From positions 146,818,001 through 146,882,000 of the forward strand of contig NC_086097.1 in NCBI RefSeq assembly GCF_963921235.1: a stretch of 64,000 nt of DNA. The letters are read 5' to 3'. This document shows, piece after piece, positions 13,471 to 24,850 of the stretch (the stretch's first letter is position 1; each line of letters begins with the position of its first letter). The position numbers were made by a program, and so were the translations under genes. This DNA comes from Mobula hypostoma. Lineage: Eukaryota. The notes under the pieces were generated by a model that did not search any database, was not told where the DNA came from, and saw only the letters and a list, made by a program, of their open reading frames with translations.

Positions 13471-14637
13471 TACCCTCAACTATTAGGCTCTTGGACAAAA
13501 GCAGATAACTACACTGATTCTACTTCTGGTGTTCGCGCAACCAACGGTCTCACTTTAAGGACTCTATCTTGTTATTTCATGCTTGTTATTTATTGCTATT
13601 TATTTGTATTTGCATTTGCACTGTTTGATGTCCATTGATACTGTTTATAGTTACTGTTCTATGGATTTCCTAAGTATGCCCGCAGAAGGAGAATCTCGGA
13701 GTTGTATGTGGTGACATGTATGTACTCTGATAATAAATTTTACTTTGAACTTTGAACATTGAACTTATGAAGTTACAAAAGCCTGGAAGCATGTACTACC
13801 AATCACAGTGAAAGTTCAACCCTGCTGTGAAAGACTATTGAACGTTTCCCTAGTACCTTGTTATGATCTCACACCTTATTGTTTACCCTCACTGCACTTT
13901 CTCTGTAGGACCGTAGCTGTTTCATTTTATTCTAAATTGTTCTTGTTTTCCATTGTGCTACCTCATGTACTGTATGAGTAGTATTCAAGACAAACTTTTC
14001 ACTGTATCTTGGTACATGTGACAATCATAAATCAATTCCAATTCCCAATAATTGTAATTACAATTATTAGGTGATATCTTTTATAATGTTCTGTTAGTTT
14101 TTGTTTTGTGAACAATTTGTTTTATACATTGTATTACCATGAAGATGATGGTTAAGAATATGTTATATATTCACAGTTACAAAAAGATTATAATTGCAAA
14201 GCAAGATGTGGGACTAGATATATTTAAGGCCTGCATGGTGAAGTGAATCACTGGAATTAATGGTGTTGGAATGGATATTTCAGAGTTGTCAAGTGCAGTT
14301 TGTAGTGATGAGTTCAGTGAAAGAAAAGCCTGAGTGATTGACTGAATTTCAAATTGGGTTTCTTTTTTTAAAAGGGAAGCAATGTAGTGCATATAATTTT
14401 AAATGCACTGTTAAGAACCAGTGAATCAAACTTTGATATTCTACCAGATGCTGTCATTTAATTCAGAATTATTGCCTTCATTAAAAGCTGGTCTGTTTTG
14501 TTTTGCATTAGCAATCTGGAACATCAAGGAACTTGTAGACATCATCGGTCTCTGATCCTGGACTGGCATTAGCTTCAGAATTCATTTTAAGTGGCGAGGG
14601 TTTTCATTTGGTTTTATCATCTGGTGGTTGTTGTGCA

Positions 14638-14820
14638 TTTTCACGCCTTGTAGCGCATCGGGTGGCAACCTTGCCATTTGCTTAGCATTTGTCTGCTTTT
14701 TACGAGGCCGAGTTGCTACCTCGGCACTCAAGGCAATACAGATGGAAAGCGTGCAAGGATTCGAACCCGGGACCACTCGCCTCGAAGTCCAGTGGGGATG
14801 CCACTACACCATCGGCTGGC
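14638..14820 (-). mobile_element. tRNA-derived SINE
   Basis: A box TGGTGTAGTGG, B box GGTTCGAATCC. Core gcaactcggcctcgtaaaaa is shared with the SINE at 499-740. Confidence 0.8.
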
Positions 14821-17689
14821 TATTTGGTGTGGTGTTGTATGGGAGAACATCATAGTCAATTTTCACTTAACAAATTCACGATAGCACATCTCAACAAGTG
14901 CTCATGTCCAAAATGATGAATGATATATTTCCATGTGACTAAAAGCAGACATTTGAAGCCAGAGCTTGTTTGTCGCTCAGCTCACTTGCTGTCTTGTACA
15001 ATGTTTTCCAACACTCAGACAATCTACAGATTGAATCTGTCACTTATCATATCCTCAAGTACGAGAGGTAGATTGCAGGAAAACAGCTGCGCTGATGCTC
15101 TGAAATAAGCAAAGGTGGAGTCACGCTGGAAAATAAATTATTTTATCAGCTGGAAGGACTTTGTCAAAGAGGCATGGAATCACTGCCGCTGAGCGGGCAG
15201 TGGAGTGAGAGGGCTTAGGTGGTAACGGGACGAGGCGAGGTAGGTTAATTGCAGAAAGGAAATAGTATGTGTGCTCAGTGTCAGATGTGGGAAGTCCTGG
15301 AGTCTCCCAGCCTCCCGGATGGCCATATCTGCACCTGGTGTGTCGAGCTGCAGCTCCTAAGGGACCGCGTTAGGGAACTGGAGTTGCAGCTCGATGATCT
15401 CCGTCTGGTCAGGGAGAGCGAGGAGGTGATAGAAAGGAGTTATAGGCAAGTGGTCACACCGGGGCCACAGGAGACAGACAAGTGGGTCACAGTCAGGAGG
15501 GGGAAGGGGAAGAGTCAGGTACTAGAGAGTACCCCTGTGGCTGTACCCCTTGGCAATAAGTACTCCTGTTTGAGTACTGTTAGGAGGGGACAGCCTACCT
15601 GGGGGAAGCAACAGTAGCCGTGCCTCTGGCACAGAGTCTGGCCCTGTGGCTCAGAAGGGTAAGGAAAGGAAGAGGAAGACAGTAGTGATAGGTGACTCTA
15701 TAGTTAGGGGGGTCAGAGAGGCGATTCTATGCACGCAGGAAAGAAACTCGGATGGTCGTTGCCTCCTAGGTGCCAGGGTCCAGGATGTTTCAGATCACGT
15801 CCACGATATCCTGCAGTGGGAGGGAAAACAGCCAGAGGTCGTGGTAAATATTGGTACCAATGACACAGGTAGGAAAAGGGAAGAGGTCCTGAAAAAAGAC
15901 TACAGGGAGTTAGGAAGGAAGTTGAGAAGCAGGACCGCAAAGGTAGTAATCTCGGGATTACTGCCTGTGTCACGCGACAGTGAGAATAGGAATAGAATGA
16001 GGTGGAGGATAGATGCGTGTCTGAGGGATTGGAGCAGGGGGCAGGGATTCATATTTCTGGATCATTGGGACCTCTTTTGGGGCAGGTGTGACCTGTACAA
16101 AAAGGATGCGTTGCACTTGAATCCCAGGGGAACCAATATCCTGGCGGGGAGGTTTGCTAAGGCCACTGGGGAGAGTTTAAACTAGGATTGCTGGCGGGCG
16201 GGGTGGGAACCAAACTGAAGAGATTGGGGAAGAGGCGGCTAGCTCACAAACAGAGAAAGCTTGGAGACAGTGCGAGAGGGAGGATAGACAGGTGATAGAG
16301 AAGGGATGCGCTCAGACCGAAGGTTTGAGATGTGTCTATTTTAATGCAAGGAGTATTGTGAACAAAGTGGATGAGCTTAGAGCGTGGCTCAGTACTTGGT
16401 GCTATGATGTGGTGGCCATTACAGAGACTTGGATGGCTCAGGGGCAGGAATGGTTACTTCAAGTGCTGAGTTTCAGATGTTTCAGAAAGGACAGGGAGGG
16501 AGGCAAAAGAGGTGTAGGCAGGGCACTGTAAATCAGAAATGGTTTCACGGCTGCAGAAAAGGTGGATGCCATGGAGGGATTGTCTACGGAGTCTCTGTGG
16601 GTGGCAGTTAGGAACAGGAAGAGGTCAATAGCTCTACTGGGTGTTTTTTATAGGTCGCCCAATAGTAACAGGGATATCGAGGAGCAGATAGGGAAACAGA
16701 TCCTGGAAAGGTATAATAATAACAGAGTTGTCGTGGTGGGAGATTTTAATTTCCCAGATATCTATTGGCATCTCCCTAGAACAAGCGGTTTAGATGGGGT
16801 GGAGTTTGTTAGGTGTGTTCAGGAAGGTTCCTTGACACAACATGTAGATAAGCCTACAAGAGGAGAGACTGTACTTGATTTGGTATTCAGAAATGAAGCT
16901 GGTCAGGTGTCAGATCTCTCAGTGGAAGAGCATTTTGGAGATAGTGATCATAATTCTATCTCCTTTACAATAACATTGGAGAGAGATAGGAACAGACAAG
17001 TTAGAAAAGCATTTAATTGGAGTAATGGGAATTATGAGGCTATCAGGCAGGAAATTGGAAGCTTAAATTGGGAATGGGTCTTCTCAGGGAAAGGTACGGA
17101 AGAAATGTGGCAAATGTTCAGGGGAGATTTGTGTGGAATTCTGCATAGGTACGTTCCAATGAGACAAAGAAATTATGGTAGGGTACAGGAACCGTGATGT
17201 ACAAAGGCTGTAGTAAATCTAGTCAAGAAGAAAAGAAAAGCTTACAAAAGGTTCAGAGAGATAGGTAATGTTAGGATCTAGAATATTATAAGGCTAACAG
17301 GAAGGAGCTTAAGAAGGAAATTAGGAGAGCCAGAAGGGGCTATGAGAAGGCCTTGGTGGGCCGGATTAAGGAAAACCCCAATGCAAGAAGAGCAAGAGGA
17401 TAAGACGTGAAAGAATAGGACCTATCAAGTGTGACAGTGGGAAAGTGTGTATGGAACTGGAGGAAATAGCAGAGGTTCTTAATGAATACTTTACTTCAGT
17501 ATTCACTATGGAAAAGGCTCTTGGTGATTGTAGTGATGACTTGCAGCCGACCGAAAAGCTTGAGCATGTAGATATTAAGAAAGAGGATGTGCTGGAGCTT
17601 TTGGAAAGCATCAAGTTGGATAAGTCGCCGGGACTGGATGAGATGTACTCCAGACTTCCGTGGGAGGTGAGGGAGGATTTTGCTGAGCC

Positions 17690-19138
17690 ACCCTCACAAC
17701 ACACTGGAAGAACTCAGCAGGTCGGGCAGGATCCGTGGAAAAGATCGGTCAACGTTTCGGGCCCTAACCCTTCGTCAGGACTGTAGAGGGAAGGGGCAGA
17801 GGCCATGTAAAGAAGGTGGGGGGAGAGTGGGAAGGAGAAGGCTGGTAGGTTCCAGGTGAAAAACCAGTAAGGGGAAAGATACAGGGGTGGGGGAGGGGAA
17901 GCAGGGAGGTGATAGGCAGGAAAGGTGAAGAAAGAATAGGGGAAAACACAATGAGTAGTAGAAGGAGGCGGAACCATGAGGGAGGTGATATGCAGGTAGG
18001 GGACGGAGCAGAGTGATATAGGGATAGAGGAAGGGAGGGGGAGGGAATTATTGGAAGTTGGAGAAATCTATGTTCATACCAAGGGGCTGGAGACTACCTA
18101 GATGGTATATGAGGTGTTGCTCCTCCAACGTGAGTTTAGCCCCATCACGGCAGTAGAGGAGGTCATGTATGGACATATCTGAATGGGAGTGGGAAGCAGA
18201 GTTGAAGTGGGTGGCTACTGGGAGATCCTGTCTGTTTTGGCGGACGGAGCGGAGGTGCTCGACGAAGTGGTCCCCCAATCTGTGTCGGGTTTCACCAATG
18301 TAGAGGAGGCCGCACCAGGAGCACCGGATGCAATAGATGACCCCAACAGACTCACAAGTGAAGTGTTGCCTCACTTGGAAGGACTGTTTGGGGCCCTGAA
18401 TGGGGGCAAGAGAGGAGGTGTAGGGACAGGTGTAACACTTGCGCTTACAAGGATAAGTGCCAGGTGGGCGATCCATGGGGAGGGACGTGTGGACCAGGGA
18501 GTCACGGAGGGACCGATTCCTGCGGAAAGCGGAGAGAGATGGAGAGGGAAAGATGTGCTTAGTGGTGGGGTCTTGTTGAAGGTGGCGGAAGTTGCCCACT
18601 CCCATTCAGATATGTCCATGCATGGCCTCCTCTACTGCCATGATGAGGCTAAACTCAGGTTCGAGGAGCAACACCTCATATACCGTCTAGATAGTCTCCA
18701 GCCCCTTGATATGAACATAGAATTCTCCAACTTCCGGTAATTTCCTCCCCCTCCCTTCCCCTATCCCTATGTCACTCTGCTCCCTCCCCTACCTGCCTAT
18801 CAGCTCCCTCATGGTTCCGCCTCCTTCTACTACCCATTGTGTTTTCTCCTATTCTTTCTTCACCTTTCCTGCCTATCACCTCCCTGCTTCCCCTCCCCCA
18901 CCCCTTCATCTTTCCCCTTACTGGTTTTTCACCTGGAACCTACCAGCCTTCTCCTTCCCACCCTCCCCTTACCTTTTTATAGGGCCTCTGCCCCTTCCCT
19001 CTACAGTCCTGACGAAGGGTTCCGGCCCGAAACGTTGACCGATCTTTTCCACAGATGCTGCCTGACCTACTGAGTTCCTCCAGCGTGTTGTGAGTGATGC
19101 TTTGACCCCAGCATCTGCAGATTATTTTGTGTTTAAGA
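17690..19138. mobile_element. Penelope-like element with inverted (foldback) structure
   Basis: Minus-strand GIY-YIG ORF 18048-18605 (VIYCIRC...LYIGET...RLGDHFVEH) plus pseudo-LTR, mirrored by a plus copy from ~18595. ttgctgagcc is duplicated at 17680-17689 and 19139-19148. Confidence 0.92.
19006..19039 (+). ncRNA. Minimal type I hammerhead ribozyme in Penelope pseudo-LTR (mirror copy on minus strand at ~17748-17781)
   Basis: gtc CTGACGA a ggg ttccgg ccc GAAA cgtt gac: intact core, stem II, palindromic stem III, stem I gtc/gac. Confidence 0.7.
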
Positions 19139-21413
19139 TTGCTGAGCCTCTGGTAATGATCTTTGCATCATCAATGAGGATGGGAGAGGTTCCGGAGGAT
19201 TGGAGGATTGTGGATGTTGTTCCCTTATTCAAGAAAGGGAGTAGAGATAGCCCAGGAAATTATAGATCAGTGAGTCTTACTTCAGTGGTTGGTAAGTTGA
19301 TGGAGAAGATCTTGAGAGGTTAGGATTTATGAACATTTAGAAAGGTATAATATGATTAGGAATAGTCAACATGACTTTGTCAAGGGCAGGTCGTGCCTTA
19401 CGAGCCTGGGTGAATTTTTTGAGGATGTGACTAAGCACATTGATGAAGGAAGAGCAGTAGATGTAGTGTATATGGATTTCAGCAAGGCATTTGATAAGTT
19501 ACCCCATGCAAGGCTTATTGAGAAAGTAAGGAGACATGGGATCCAAGGGGACATTGCTTTTTGAATCTAGAACTGGCTTGCCCACAGAAGGCAAAGAGTG
19601 GTTGTAGATGGGTCATATTCTGCATGGAGGTTGGTCACCAGTAGAGTGCCCGAGGGACCCTTACTCTTCGTGATTTTTATAAATGACCTGGATGAGGAAG
19701 TTGAGGGATGGGTTAGTAAGTTTGCTGATGACACAAATGTTGGGGGTGTTGTGGATAGTGTGGAGGGCTGTCAGAGGTTACAATGGGACATTGATAGGAT
19801 GTAAAACTGGACTGAGAAGTGGCAGATAGAGTTCAACCCAGACAAGTGTGAAGTGGTTCATTTTGGTAGGTCAAATATGATGGCAGAATATAGTATTAAT
19901 GATAAGACTCTTGGCAGTGTGGAGGATCAGAGGGATCTTGGAGTCTGAGTCAATAGGACACTCAAAGCAGCTGCGCAGGTTGACTGTGTGGTTAAGAAGG
20001 CATACGGTGTATTGGCCTTCATCAATCGTGGAATTGAATTTAGTAGCCGAGTGGTAATGTTGTAGCTATATAGGATCCTGTTCAGACCCCACTTGGAGTA
20101 CTATGCTCAGTTCTTGTTGCCTCACTACAAGAAGGATGTGGAAACCACAAAAAGGGCGCAGAGGAGATTAACAAGACGTTGCCTGGATTGGGGAGCATGC
20201 CATATGAAAGCAGGTTTAGTGAACTCGGCCTTTTCTCCTTGGAAAAAAGGTGACCTGACAGAGCTGTATAAGATGATGAGAGGCATTGATTGTGTGGATA
20301 GACAGAGGGCTTTTCCCAGGGCTGAAATGGCTGCCACAAGAGGGCACAGGTTTAAAGTGCTTGGGAGTAGGGTCAGAGGAGATGTCAGGGGTAATTTTTT
20401 TACGCAGAGAGTGGTAAGTGCGTGGAATGGGCTGCCAGCAATGGTAGTGGAGGTGGATACAATAGGGTCTTTTAGGAGACTTTTAGATAAGTACATGGAG
20501 CTTAGACAAATATGGGGGAAGTCTAGTAATTTCTAAGGTAGGGACATGTTCGTCACAACGTTGTGAGCCGAAGGGCCTGGATTGTGCTGTAGGTTTTCTA
20601 TGCTTTTCTGTGTTCTTTTTTTTGGAACAAGCCCTTTGGCCCACCTTGTCCATGCCAGCCTTTTTGTCCATTTACACTCATCCCATTTCTCTGCATTTCG
20701 ACTATATTCTTCTAGGCCTTGTCTAATTAAAATCTCTCTAAACAAGCCTAAAATATAACAATGATATTTGATTCTACCAACAGTGAGTTACAGATATGAG
20801 GCATTCTCTTTGTAAGCAAAACGTAATGCTCAGATGACTTTTAAAATTCTTCCTTTCACCTTAAACCAATAATCCGACCACCAGAATGGTAGGAATGGAG
20901 CAGCAGGGAACTTGGAAAGGTGGGAGAGTGCAGTGAAGTGGAAGGTCTCCTGGTTCAACAGCTGGCAGGCAGAATCCCAGCACATTAAATTCATGATCCT
21001 AGTACAGTGCACCTTTTTTTCCTTGGGGCAAAATTGAGGCACCATGGTATCCTCTCTGCCCTGGCAGATGCACATCGTCAGCAGCAGCCAACAGGCCTCA
21101 GGAGAAGGCCGCTACCATTGGCACCAAAGCCAGATGATGAAGGCAATGGCAGAAAGAATCTTCTTGGCCATTAACAACAGTAAGCACCTCTGTCAACCCA
21201 GAAAGCCAGTAGTCTTTGTCAAAGCTGGAGACTAATCACAGCCTGAGCCCAGCTCACCAGCAGGCTTGCTTGCCATGGTGTCTGATTGGCAACTGAAAAT
21301 AGATCTTAGCAAGCAATTAAAGTTCTCTGGCTTCATTACTGAGGACTAACATGGTCCTTCTTTCAGAAATCTTGAAGCAAGTGGTCATGGTAGAACCGAC
21401 AGTTCCTTAGGAA

Positions 21414-22365
21414 AAACTCTCCGTAACTTCCGCCACCTCCAACGGGATCCCACCACTAAGCACATCTTTCCCTCCCCCCCCCGCATTCCGCAGGGATCGC
21501 TCCCTACACAACTCCCTTGTCCATTCGTCCCGCCCATCCCTCCCCACTGATCTCCCTCCTGGCACTTATCCGTGTAAGCGGAACAAGTGCTACACATGCC
21601 CTTACACTTCCTCCCTTACCACCATTCAGGGCCCCAAACAGTCCTTCCAGGTGAGGCATCACTTCACCTGTGAGTCGACTGGGGTGATATACTGCGTCCG
21701 GTGCTCCCGATGTGGCCTTTTATATATTGGTGAGACCCGACGCAGACTGGGAGACCGCTTTGCTGAACATCTACGCTCTGTCCGCCAGAGAAAGCAGGAT
21801 CTCCCAGTGGCCACACATTTTAATTCCACATCCCATTCCCATTCTGACATGTCTGTCCACGGCCTCCTCTACTGTGGAGATGAAGCCACACTCAGGTTGG
21901 AGGAACAACACCTTATATTCCGTCTGGGTAGCCTCCAACCTGATGGCATGAACATCGACTTCTCTAACTTCCGCTAAGGCCCCACCTCCCCCTCGTACCC
22001 CATCTGTTACTCATTTTTATGCACACATTCTTTCTCTCACTCTCCTTTTTCTCCCTCTGTCCCTCTGAATATACCTCTTGCCCATCCTCTGGGTCACCCC
22101 CCCCCTTGTCTTTCTTCCCGGACCTCCTGTCCCATGATCCTCTCGTATCCCCTTTTGCCTATCACCTGTCCAGCTCTTGGCTCTATCCCTCCCCCTCCTG
22201 TCTTCTCCTATCATTTTGGATCTCCCCCTCCCCCTCCAACTTTCAAATCCCTTACTCACTCTTCCTTCAGTTAGTCCTGACGAAGGGTCTCGGCCTGAAA
22301 CGTCGACTGCACCTCTTCCTATAGATGCTGCTTGGCCTGCTGCGTTCACCAGCAACTTTGATGTA
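21414..22365 (+). mobile_element. Penelope-like element, 5'-truncated (GIY-YIG plus pseudo-LTR)
   Basis: ORF 21651-21977 VIYCVRC...YIGETRRRLGDRFAEH. 13-bp TSD agttccttaggaa at 21401-21413 and 22366-22378. Confidence 0.93.
22273..22308 (+). ncRNA. Minimal type I hammerhead ribozyme
   Basis: agtc CTGACGA agg gtctcgg cct GAAA cgtc gact, with a GUC cleavage triplet and stem I agtc/gact. Confidence 0.75.
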
Positions 22366-24850
22366 AGTTCCTTAGGAAGACTGGATTGAGGAGGCATTTG
22401 AGCACAAGAAAGCCAAATAGCAGGAGCAGTACCAGAGACGAGGGTGGAGGACGAGATGCAAGCCTTGAAGGAGGTGTCTGGAGGTTTTGCTGGTTGCTTG
22501 CTATGTAGAACCTACTTTCTCCTTGGCATTACAGGGGCTGCAAAGAAAAGAGCCTTCAGGACCATCACAGAGGTTGCTGAGGGGGTCTTCTAATGGCTAT
22601 GAATCAAGAGATGTGACCCATGGACCAGTGCTGCTGGGACCCAAGCTGGGGCCCGATCAGCCCTGGCTGAGTCGCCTGGGCGAGTGTATCTGATGTTGAA
22701 AGACCCGAAACACCCAATGACCCCAGGTTACCTCACTGATGATGTGTCCCAGTGCATCCGAGGATGCATCTCAGCATCAAACCATTTCAATAATATAGCT
22801 GTCATCTATTTCATCATGTTTAAAATGCCCCACCACCATGGGAAAAAGATTTTGACTAACTACCATTTCTATACCCCTTATAATGTAATCTTATATACTC
22901 ATGTTATGTCACTCCTCAACCTCCTTCAGTCCAGGGGGAAAGAACTCAGCTTAAATAATCTCTGTCCATGCTTAATTCTCCACATTCTTGAGAGCTAGTC
23001 AAAGTATTTCACACACAATAATTCCTAAGGAGGAGCAGTACTTGCTTCTTACATATGCAGCTACCATCTTCACAGAGCAAGATTCTGAAAATTCACAACA
23101 AAATAAATGACTGCTATTTTATTTAAGTGATATGGCGGTTGTTGTCAGATCTGGGCCTGGACGAAAGGAGCAAAAAACAAGCAGCTCATAGGATGGGGGA
23201 AGAGGCAGAACAAGTGTCTTGTTGGATTTGGAGTAGGTGAGAGGAGGGAAGCTGGAAGCCAGGAGCAGATGGGCAGTAATTTGGCCACCACTGCCGGCCC
23301 ACCAACTGCAGAGTGTCGTGGTTAAGGGCGAAACACTCTGTGGAGGTTGGGAACCACCAGATGACATCTGCTCCTGGCTGAAGGCTACGGTTACCTTATA
23401 AGGTAACTGGAGAATGCACCCTAACAGGTGGATGTAACAAGTGTAAGAAGAGTATTAGCCAGGATACTGGAAGATTTTCTCTTCTTCCTCAGTTTAGATC
23501 CGTAATGTCAACATAAACTGAGGGCATTGGCTTGATCCAGTAAATGCATTTGACTGCCTTAGCCATTTAGAAAGCTATGGAAATTTACTCTTGTGGACAT
23601 ATAGAGACTTTCTGAACATCTCTCAGCAGTTTCTCTAAGACAAAACATCTGTGGAAATGGCTGTGAATATCAGATGTTGCAGCACTTGTTTCTCTGAACT
23701 ATGGAAAAGATTGAAGAGAAAAACCACCCAGCTTTCATTTGCCAGCAAAATAGTATGAGACAACTTTTCTAAATTGAAAGGAGGAGACTAACCATGAGAA
23801 AGATCAGAAGAATACCACATCGGATGGAAACAGAGCATTATTCCCTCAGTCCTCCAAAGCAGAAGTATTTGGGTAAACTACAATTTCAAGGGACTCTGAG
23901 AATACAGTGCTGCTTTGGTGCTTCTAATTTCAATGTTAATGTTTCTTTTTCTCTCTTCATTGGAACTCACAGACTTCCAAACAAGCAGCAGGTAGTGTGT
24001 GAAGGAGATTAAATCCATCATCAGGTTTCTGAATGGACAATGAACCCATGTACACTACATCACTTTGTTTCTTATTTTGCTCTTTTTGCACTACTTATTT
24101 AATTTATTTTTATATGTATTTAATGTATTTTAAAAATTATTATTATGTATTGCAAAGTTGTGCGGCCACAAGACAACAAATTTCATATCATATGCCAATG
24201 ATACTAAACTTGATTCTATTTCTGATTCTAAGTTGTGTGACACAGAATTCAACAAAGGGCAGAATGTGAGTCAATGGTGAGTTAAATAGTAAATGGGACA
24301 ATGGACGACTCGGACACGATATTTTCTTGAGTTCATATGGACTAAAATAGGTCTTTCTAGTGTTATATGTTCTATTATCTCAGCGTTGATTTCACTTCAT
24401 TGTTGTATTTTTTTTCTTGATTTACACTGACAAAATTATTTAATAGTCACTTAGCTCATTCTCCAGCAAATTAGGCAATGTGGTGCTGTAACTGGAACAT
24501 AATTGGTTTGCCATGCTTACTGGAATCTATATCCAAATTTATTCCTGTAGTATGCAAAATCACGTACACACACATTTTTGTTGTAATTAATCTTGAAATA
24601 CAACAAAATATTGGCATGAACTTTCAAATAGTGGCAATACAATAAATGAATGGGAAGGCATTCTCAACATAAAATTGAACTCTGAAACATTTGTCAAAAA
24701 TGACAAGGATCTGAAACATGAATACTTGTGTAGTTATTGGAATTGAAAGAAATCCAGACATAATTGGTATATAAGTAAGAAAAGTTGCCATCTGTTAAAG
24801 AAATATTTTTCAAAATTTCTCTTTCACTGCTGAAGGCTTTAGGTTGTTAG

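Larger units (their letters stand above)
9150..13765 (+). mobile_element. Rex1/Babar LINE interrupted by an L1 and a CR1
   Basis: RT fragments at 9668-10413 and 11102-11400. Sequence resumes at ~13470 and ends in a TGAAC-repeat tail at ~13745-13765. Confidence 0.85.
15170..20600 (+). mobile_element. Near full-length CR1 (ORF1 zinc finger plus SGNH esterase; ORF2 endonuclease-RT), decayed, interrupted by Penelope
   Basis: ORF1 motifs CAQCQMW...CTWC and IGDSIVR...GTND; ORF2 motifs YFNARS, ITETW, GDFN, SDH and RT motifs; multiple stops and frameshifts. Confidence 0.95.
20870..22775 (+). mobile_element. HERO-like non-LTR retrotransposon 3' part (restriction-like endonuclease), interrupted by Penelope
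   Basis: HIVSS...GEGRYHWH zinc-knuckle region, then KQVVMVE.TVP*EDWIEEAFEHKKAK resembling the PD...ELTVPWE...E...K..KY endonuclease motif; structured 3' UTR. Confidence 0.75.

Noticed and set aside
14750..14820. tRNA gene (also ~680-740)
   Set aside because: A and B boxes are present, but there is no complete cloverleaf and the sequence continues into a SINE body.
22685..22715. ctgatgttgaaagacccgaaac in the HERO 3' UTR as a hammerhead
   Set aside because: Core is CUGAUGU rather than CUGANGA, and the stems do not form.
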